Below, piece after piece: positions 35,459 to 41,087 of a stretch of 41,087 nucleotides of DNA. Origin of the DNA: a virus (taxonomy: Duplodnaviria > Caudoviricetes); the IMG/VR virus record IMGVR_UViG_3300037470_001281, positions 1 to 41,087 of that record; one strand, given 5' to 3'. Under the pieces are notes generated by a model. It was given only the letters and a program-made list of their open reading frames with translations. It made no database searches and was not told the origin of the DNA. The number at the start of each line of letters is the position of its first letter. Position 1 is the stretch's first letter. The translations under genes were made by a program, and so were the position numbers.

Positions 35459-35571
35459 TGATCGAAACAACGGTGGCGTCGCGGAGTGCTGCTCCTCGTC
35501 AGCTTGGTCGCCGGCGGCTGGTGTCTCCTGCCGGGCGGCGCTGCCCTCACCCTCGGGAGTACTCAGCACCC

Positions 35572-36372
35572 ATGGCCCAGACCGCCTCCACCCTCCACCA
35601 CGAGGAGCGTCTCTGCACCGTCGACGCCCGACGGGCGGCCATGGCCTGGCTGAACGCGTTCCTGGCGAGCGGGCAGGACAAGCAGCGCACGACGCTGTTC
35701 CGCACCCTGTCCCTCGAGTTCCACCCCGAAGGGATCCAGTTCGTGGCCACCAGCGGGATCGCGCTGTTCAGGACCTGGGTGCCGCGGATCGAGCTCCCGG
35801 GTCCGGTGGCGTGGCCGGCCAACACGGAGACGCCGCGGCGGGTGGTGACGGTGATGGACGTGGAGAAGTTCGGGTTGTCGTTCATGAAGACCCTGCACCA
35901 GCTCACCGCCGGCGAGGATCGCCAGGGGGAGCAGATGGCGATCAGCATCGCCCCGATGGATGAGGGGGCGACGCTCTCCCTGGGCGCCGAGTTCACGAAG
36001 GAGCGGGTGGTCATGCGGACCTGTGGCCAGCGCCTCGATCTCCCGGTGATGGATGGCGAGTACCCCAACTGGCGCCGGCTGCAACTGGGCATCGATGCGC
36101 GGGAACGGGTCGAGGGGATGATCCTCGCGCCGGCGCTCATGGGGGCCGTGGGCAAGCTGCTCGGCGTCTCGGCCGTGCGCCTGGTCTTCCACGGCAAGGA
36201 GAAGCAGGTCGGCTTCGAGGCCGCGGAATCGCCGGGAGGCCTGGCGGTGGTGCGCGGAGTCATGATGCCGATGCGCAAGACCGGCCAGGACAGCGCCGAT
36301 GCGGCTGGCGAGAAGCCGGCGAAGAAGAAGGACCCGAAGGCAGAGCGCCCCGGGCACCTGAAGTTGACCTGA
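35572..36372 (+). CDS. Truncated DNA polymerase III beta-clamp-like protein
   Basis: ASGQD..RTTL, IQFVATSG, DGEYPNWRR and GVMMPMR resemble DnaN domains 2-3. Confidence 0.7.
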   Translation: MAQTASTLHHEERLCTVDARRAAMAWLNAFLASGQDKQRTTLFRTLSLEFHPEGIQFVATSGIALFRTWVPRIELPGPVAWPANTETPRRVVTVMDVEKFGLSFMKTLHQLTAGEDRQGEQMAISIAPMDEGATLSLGAEFTKERVVMRTCGQRLDLPVMDGEYPNWRRLQLGIDARERVEGMILAPALMGAVGKLLGVSAVRLVFHGKEKQVGFEAAESPGGLAVVRGVMMPMRKTGQDSADAAGEKPAKKKDPKAERPGHLKLT

Positions 36373-36404
36373 CGAGCCGACGAGACTCCAACCCTGAGAG
36401 ACCT

Positions 36405-36749
36405 ATGACTTCCGTTGCCGCAACACCGGAACCGATCACGAAGGCGGCGATCGACGCGATCGTCGAACTCAGCCTGTCCGACGAAGCGATTGACCTGCTG
36501 AAGTCCGTCCGCACCGGCGCGGACGTCTGGGAACGGTGGGCCGCGAAGGACTGTCGCCACCTGGAGACCCTCGGCCTCGTCCGCATCGTCAAAGCGAGGA
36601 GCGCGCCGAAGGACGGGGCCATGCGCCAGCCGTATTTCGGCTGCGTGGCCACCGCGAGAGGTAAGGCGGTCCTGCAGAGAGGACTCAGGTACCGCCGCCT
36701 CCGCCGGGAGAAGGCATTCGCGGATGCGAGCCGGGGGGTTGCCCGATGA
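36405..36749 (+). CDS. Hypothetical protein (possible winged helix)
   Basis: LETLGLVRI ... TARGKAVL pattern. Confidence 0.55.
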   Translation: MTSVAATPEPITKAAIDAIVELSLSDEAIDLLKSVRTGADVWERWAAKDCRHLETLGLVRIVKARSAPKDGAMRQPYFGCVATARGKAVLQRGLRYRRLRREKAFADASRGVAR

Positions 36750-38515
36750 CCGCCGTAGCCCCCCCGCCGGCCCACGAGCCGAGCCGACAGATCGACAGCG
36801 GCCAGTACTTCGCGGCGTACCCGCTCGCGGCCATTCGCGAGTCTCCCCTGAACCCTCGAGAGCACTACGATACCACGGCGCTGCAGGAGCTGGCCGCCAA
36901 CCTGGCGGCGCAGGGACAGCTGATGCCGGGGCTCGCGCGGGTTATCGAGTCCGAGGCGGAGGTCGAGGTCGGCCGGAACTTGTGGCCGGTGGTCGAGCTC
37001 GCCGCGGGACACCGGCGCCGGCGGGCGCTGCTCCTGGCCGGCCTCCCGACGATGGCCCTGGTGAGTCGGATCATGACCGATGCCGAGTTTGCCGAAGCGC
37101 TGGTGACCGAGAACCCCCAGCACAACGACCTCCACCCCCTGGAACAGGCCCGGGGTTACCGCATGCTGATGGAGCAGGCCGGGTACGATATCGCGCGGGT
37201 CGCTTCCCGCATGGGCAAAGACCGGTCCACCATCTACGATCGAGTGAAGCTGCTGCAGCTGGTGCCGGACGCCCAGGCGCTCTTCATGGCCGGCCGCTTC
37301 GAGCTCGGGCACGCGGTGCTGCTGGCGCGCCTGAGCCCGAGCGACCAGAAACGGGCCATCACGACCGTCCGGAGCAACGACGGGAAGACCGGGGGGCTGT
37401 TCATCCCCGAGGCCTTTGGCCTGTTCGGCGAGGGAAAGGATGAGGCGGCGGGGAAGGATCCGCTCGCGCGCACCCAGGGCATGAAGCCGGTGAGCGTGCG
37501 CGAGTTCCAGAAGTGGATCGACAGGAACATCCGGTTCCGCCCCGAGTCGGAGGACCTCCCGAACCTCTTCCCGGCGACCGCCGAGGCCCTCACCGAGGCC
37601 GCTGAGGCCGAGCTCAAAGTCGTGAAGATCACCCGGGAGTACCGGGTGCCGGACGAGGCGCGCGACGAGAAGGAGCGCACCTACGGCGAGCAGTCGTGGC
37701 GCCGAGCGGATGGCGTGGCAGAACCCTCCCGGTACGGCAGGAAGCCGGCGGCCGGGAAGACGTGCGAGCACGCCGTCATGGGTGTCATTGTCGCCGGGCC
37801 CGGCCGCGGTGACGCATTCAAGGTCTGCATCGCCAAGAAGAAGTGCACCGTCCACTGGGCGAAGGAGATCAGAGAGGCCGCCAAGGCGGCGCTGCTGCCA
37901 AAGCAGCCGAAGTCCCGGGGCTCGAGCACCTACTCCTCGAAGGCTCAATCGAACCCCGGAGCCGACCTGAGGGCGGCGTGGGAGAAGGAGGAGGTTGCCG
38001 CTGCGGCCGAGCGACTCCGGCCCAAGGTCATCGCGACGATCAAGGACATCGCCCTGCCCGACGAGATCGCCTGGAACCTGGCCAACGTGGTTGACAGCAG
38101 CGATGGTTTCGGCGGCTGGGCTGCGGTGGGGAAGGAAGCGTCCTGGTATTACGGGGGGCTTCAGTTTGATCTGACGCAGCAGATCCGGCCGCACCTGCCC
38201 GGTAAGTGGAATCGGGACAACCGATCCCTTCCCGCGGACGCCGACGCGGCCCGGTCAGCGATCGCGCTGGCGGTCTGCCTAGCACGGGACTTCGGCGACA
38301 GGGAGGAGCGGGCGCTGGGCGAACGGGTCCAGGCGCGCTGGAAGGCGCATCTCGCCGGGCTGGAGAAGGAGACCGCGAAGAAGCCCAAGGCCGCCGCCAA
38401 GTCCAAGGCGGCGGATTCATCCAAGGCGCGGAAGAAATCCAAGGGCGCCAAGAGAACTAAGCCCACGAAGAAACTCGCCGGCGACGTGCGGCGGGCCAAG
38501 GCTGTGAAGCGCTGA
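36746..38515 (+). CDS. ParB/Spo0J-like protein with Lys-rich tail
   Basis: SPLNPR, LQELAANL..QGQLMP, AAGHRRRRA, TENPQHNDLHPLEQA, HTH IARVASRMGKDRSTIYDRVKLL. Confidence 0.9.
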   Translation: MTAVAPPPAHEPSRQIDSGQYFAAYPLAAIRESPLNPREHYDTTALQELAANLAAQGQLMPGLARVIESEAEVEVGRNLWPVVELAAGHRRRRALLLAGLPTMALVSRIMTDAEFAEALVTENPQHNDLHPLEQARGYRMLMEQAGYDIARVASRMGKDRSTIYDRVKLLQLVPDAQALFMAGRFELGHAVLLARLSPSDQKRAITTVRSNDGKTGGLFIPEAFGLFGEGKDEAAGKDPLARTQGMKPVSVREFQKWIDRNIRFRPESEDLPNLFPATAEALTEAAEAELKVVKITREYRVPDEARDEKERTYGEQSWRRADGVAEPSRYGRKPAAGKTCEHAVMGVIVAGPGRGDAFKVCIAKKKCTVHWAKEIREAAKAALLPKQPKSRGSSTYSSKAQSNPGADLRAAWEKEEVAAAAERLRPKVIATIKDIALPDEIAWNLANVVDSSDGFGGWAAVGKEASWYYGGLQFDLTQQIRPHLPGKWNRDNRSLPADADAARSAIALAVCLARDFGDREERALGERVQARWKAHLAGLEKETAKKPKAAAKSKAADSSKARKKSKGAKRTKPTKKLAGDVRRAKAVKR

Positions 38516-38554
38516 GCCCGCAGAGCTCTCCCACCCCGTGACCAGGAGCACACC

Positions 38555-38809
38555 GTGACACTGGACGATTCGGCCGCGATACTCGACATCGGAGAGAAGC
38601 ACTGCATGCAGCTTCTCCTGGACGGGAAGCTGATCGGCTGGCAGCGCATCAGCCAGCGCCACGCCCGCCACTTCTCGGGGGAGCCCGGCAGGCGACCGGT
38701 GCATAAGGAGTTGAAGAAGTGCCCGCGCGAGGTCCGCCGTGCCACGATCGGCGCCGTGATCGTGGACGGCAACTCGGTCCGGGCCCGTCGGCGGCGGTTG
38801 GACGCATGA
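38555..38809 (+). CDS. Excisionase-like HTH protein
   Basis: TLDDSAAILDIGEKHCMQLLLDGKL; AGGAG RBS. Confidence 0.55.
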   Translation: MTLDDSAAILDIGEKHCMQLLLDGKLIGWQRISQRHARHFSGEPGRRPVHKELKKCPREVRRATIGAVIVDGNSVRARRRRLDA

Positions 38810-39561
38810 CCCGGATCCTGATCAAGACTGTCGAGATCGAGATCGACCCTGGCCAGCCCCTCGGCCAGCTGCTCCGGGAGGCGCTGCATGGCTACCCGGT
38901 GGGGGGCACCACCACCATCGACGAGGTCGCTGAGCCGGTTCGCGCCCTGCCGGCGAGCCTCGACCCGAAGACCGCGCGCTGCGAGCGGTGCGGCTGTACC
39001 TGGGATGAACCGTGCCCAGAGGGCTGTGCCTGGGATATCGGCGCCTGGCAGCAGGGGCGCGCCCTCTGCACGAGCTGCGTCACCGGGCTTCGGGCGGAGG
39101 TCGACCTCGCGAATCTCGGCGGCGTGTCGCTGGAGGTGCTGCAGATCCGCCACCCCTCGACCACCGGCACTGCCTCCGCCGAGCAGCCCACCCCGAAGCC
39201 CCGCCGGCAGCCGAAGGTCGCGAAGGAGAAGAAGGGGGCCGCCAAGGCGCGCGCGCCGAAGGCCGTGAAGGCGACGGCGCCGAAGGTGGCGAAAAATCGG
39301 GGGGGGGGGGGGGGGGGTAGCCGGAGCGCCCCCTCGGCGGAGATCCAGGAGCGGCTCGGCCGCGGGGAATCACCGACCGTAATCGCCGAGGCGCTGGGCA
39401 TCACCGCGAGCGCGGTCTACGCCCAGCGGAAGAAGTTGAATGGGACGCCGGCGAAGGGGACCCCCAAGGAGGCCCCCGATCGCCCCACCTACCGCTGCCA
39501 GAACTGTGGCCAGCGGGGGTATGATCCGAAACGATGTGACCACTGCCAGGAGAAGCGCTGA
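38806..39561 (+). CDS. Zn-finger, Lys/Ala-rich linker, HTH and Zn-ribbon protein
   Basis: CERCGCT..PC..GCAW...LCTSC; GESPTVIAEALGITASAVY; CQNCG..CDHC. Confidence 0.75.
   Translation: MTRILIKTVEIEIDPGQPLGQLLREALHGYPVGGTTTIDEVAEPVRALPASLDPKTARCERCGCTWDEPCPEGCAWDIGAWQQGRALCTSCVTGLRAEVDLANLGGVSLEVLQIRHPSTTGTASAEQPTPKPRRQPKVAKEKKGAAKARAPKAVKATAPKVAKNRGGGGGGSRSAPSAEIQERLGRGESPTVIAEALGITASAVYAQRKKLNGTPAKGTPKEAPDRPTYRCQNCGQRGYDPKRCDHCQEKR
39299..39317 (+). repeat. G19 homopolymer inside CDS
   Basis: 19 consecutive G followed by TAG. Confidence 0.85.
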
Positions 39562-39564
39562 GCG

Positions 39565-39948
39565 ATGAGTGAGGGGGCAGGGAAGGGGACGACGGCCCGC
39601 TATCTGGCGGACGTGCTGGCGGACTTCGCCGAGCTCGGCCAGTACGCGACCCCGGAGGTGCGGCAGGCGCTCGGCGACCTGATCGCCGAGGTGCGTTGCT
39701 GCGGGCCGGAATTCCTGTTCTGGCACGACCTGCCCGGGGCGGTCCTGCTGAGCGGCAAGCCGCCCGGCTACTTCCGGAGCCGGTTCAAGGGCTGGCAGGC
39801 CCGGGGGCTCGCGCGGAGCAGCCGGCGGGGCCACCACGAGTTCCTCGAGTGCGTCATCCCGAAGCAGGAGGCGATCGCCGACCTGGTGCGGGACGCCCAG
39901 GAGACCGCCGACGCCGACGCGAGGGACCGGAGGGCGGCCGCGGCATGA
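39565..39948 (+). CDS. Hypothetical protein (possible recombination directionality factor)
   Basis: Coupled by ATGA to the integrase; possible winged-helix-like segment. Confidence 0.55.
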   Translation: MSEGAGKGTTARYLADVLADFAELGQYATPEVRQALGDLIAEVRCCGPEFLFWHDLPGAVLLSGKPPGYFRSRFKGWQARGLARSSRRGHHEFLECVIPKQEAIADLVRDAQETADADARDRRAAAA

Positions 39949-41087
39949 CCCCCAAGCGGACAATCGTCAAGGAGTTCGGGTTGCGGAACCACCGGCGCGT
40001 GCTGGTGGTCAAGTACGCCACCGGCACGATCCAGGTGGAGCGCTACGTCGACGCGGGGCGGCCGCGGCGGAAGAACTTCCCCACGCTCGCGGGGGCGGTG
40101 GCGTGGGCGCGGGCCTGGTACGACGCCGGCGAGACCCATGGGGCCGACCTCACTCTGCGCCAGCTCTTCGACCGGTTCTTCGGCAGCGTCCCCAGCCAGC
40201 GGAAGCACCGGGGCTCCACCATCCTCAACGCCCAAGCGCACCGTCGGCGCCTGGAGCAGGTGCTGGGCCCCGACTTCCGGGTGAACCGCCTCACCCTGGC
40301 CCACCTCGACGGGGCCTGGCAGACCCTTCTCGACGCCGGCGTGGCTCCCAACCAGGTGGCGGCCAAGCTCCGCCTCCTGAAGCGGGTGCTCGCCTGGGGG
40401 CACAGCCGTGAGCTGGTGACCCACTCGAAGGCCGCGGGGTGGGACGTGCCGGAGGGCAAGGCGCTGGTGATCGCGGAGTACTCGGCGGAGGAGGCAGGGA
40501 AGATCCTGGCGCAGTGGGACTACCAGCAGGACGGCTGGCAGTGGCGGCCCTGGGCGGTGGCGATGATCGCCTCCAGTCACGGCTTCCGGTTGAACGCGAT
40601 CCTGCATCTGCGCTGGGAGGATGTCGACCTGGCGGCGGGCACGATCCGCCTGCGGGCGGAGACGGACAAGACGAAGCGCGACTGGGACCGGCCCCTCACC
40701 TGGGAGGCCCTGAGCGCGCTGCGGACGGCACGCTACCATGCGGACCGGCTGGACAAGGAGTCGCCCTGGGTCTTCTACGGCAAGGGCGATCGACCCTACA
40801 CGCGCTCGGCGGCCCTGGCGGCGCTGGTGAAGGCGGAGGCCAAGGCCGAGGTGCCCCACCTCCGGTATCGCGGGTTCCATGGGTTCCGGCGTGGGGTGGT
40901 GAACGATGTCCGCCAGCGGACGGGGGATGCGGCGCTGGCGCTGCTGTGGGTCGGAGATCGGGACATTCGGCAGGCGAAGAGCTACGTGCGGGAGCGTCCG
41001 GCGGAGATGGCGGCGATCGCCGACCATACCGGGATCGTACCACCAACAAAAACCCCGCGTGGCGGGGTCCGGGGAGGTCAGGATTGA
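39945..41087 (+). CDS. int: Tyrosine recombinase (phage integrase)
   Basis: HGFRLNAILHLRWEDVDL (R), DKT (K), FHGFRR (HxxR), VGD...KSY (Y). Confidence 0.93.
   Translation: MTPKRTIVKEFGLRNHRRVLVVKYATGTIQVERYVDAGRPRRKNFPTLAGAVAWARAWYDAGETHGADLTLRQLFDRFFGSVPSQRKHRGSTILNAQAHRRRLEQVLGPDFRVNRLTLAHLDGAWQTLLDAGVAPNQVAAKLRLLKRVLAWGHSRELVTHSKAAGWDVPEGKALVIAEYSAEEAGKILAQWDYQQDGWQWRPWAVAMIASSHGFRLNAILHLRWEDVDLAAGTIRLRAETDKTKRDWDRPLTWEALSALRTARYHADRLDKESPWVFYGKGDRPYTRSAALAALVKAEAKAEVPHLRYRGFHGFRRGVVNDVRQRTGDAALALLWVGDRDIRQAKSYVRERPAEMAAIADHTGIVPPTKTPRGGVRGGQD
41048..41068 (-). terminator. Minus-strand intrinsic terminator within the integrase 3' end
   Basis: ACCCCGC-GTG-GCGGGGT hairpin with an A-run on its left side (U-run on the minus strand). 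Confidence 0.55.

Larger units (their letters stand above)
1..41087 (+). mobile_element. Temperate HK97-like siphovirus prophage/phage genome (near-complete)
   Basis: Contiguous packaging, head, tail, lysis, repressor and integrase modules; no host housekeeping genes seen; att sites not identified. Confidence 0.95.

Noticed and set aside
35137-35523. Four GCTGGTG copies as CRISPR repeats or Chi sites
   Set aside because: Too short and irregularly spaced, no cas genes; two are acceptor-stem strands; none of the four matches the full E. coli Chi GCTGGTGG
35224-35571. N-terminal extension of the clamp-like ORF in the ORF track
   Set aside because: Runs through the tRNA-like elements; ATG 35572 with upstream GGGAG is the more plausible start

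Overview
A GC-rich, near-complete temperate siphovirus-type (pro)phage with almost every gene on the + strand. Order: small accessory genes (RuvC-like resolvase, ASCH, C39-like peptidase); HNH, putative cos, TerS, TerL, portal, S49 protease and HK97-fold capsid; decoration, neck, tail tube, chaperone, tape measure and Dit; a lysis/envelope block inserted inside the tail module (TM protein, very basic 40-aa peptide, CHAP endolysin, CREST/alkaline-ceramidase-like multi-TM protein, holin-like protein, Ig-like exported protein); further tail-tip genes and a spanin-like protein; a minus-strand immunity block (XRE repressor, Pro-rich Big_2 lipoprotein); then an early operon (RHH protein, micro-ORFs, two tRNA-like RNAs with expanded anticodon arms, truncated beta-clamp-like protein, ParB-like protein, Zn-finger/HTH protein with a G19 tract) ending in a tyrosine integrase. 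No helicase, primase or polymerase is recognisable. The Ig-lipoprotein style suggests a Gemmatimonadota-like diderm host (inference). The two most unusual items are the ceramidase-like enzyme coupled to the endolysin and the tandem tRNA-mimic RNAs. All family calls are motif recognition by eye; no searches were run.
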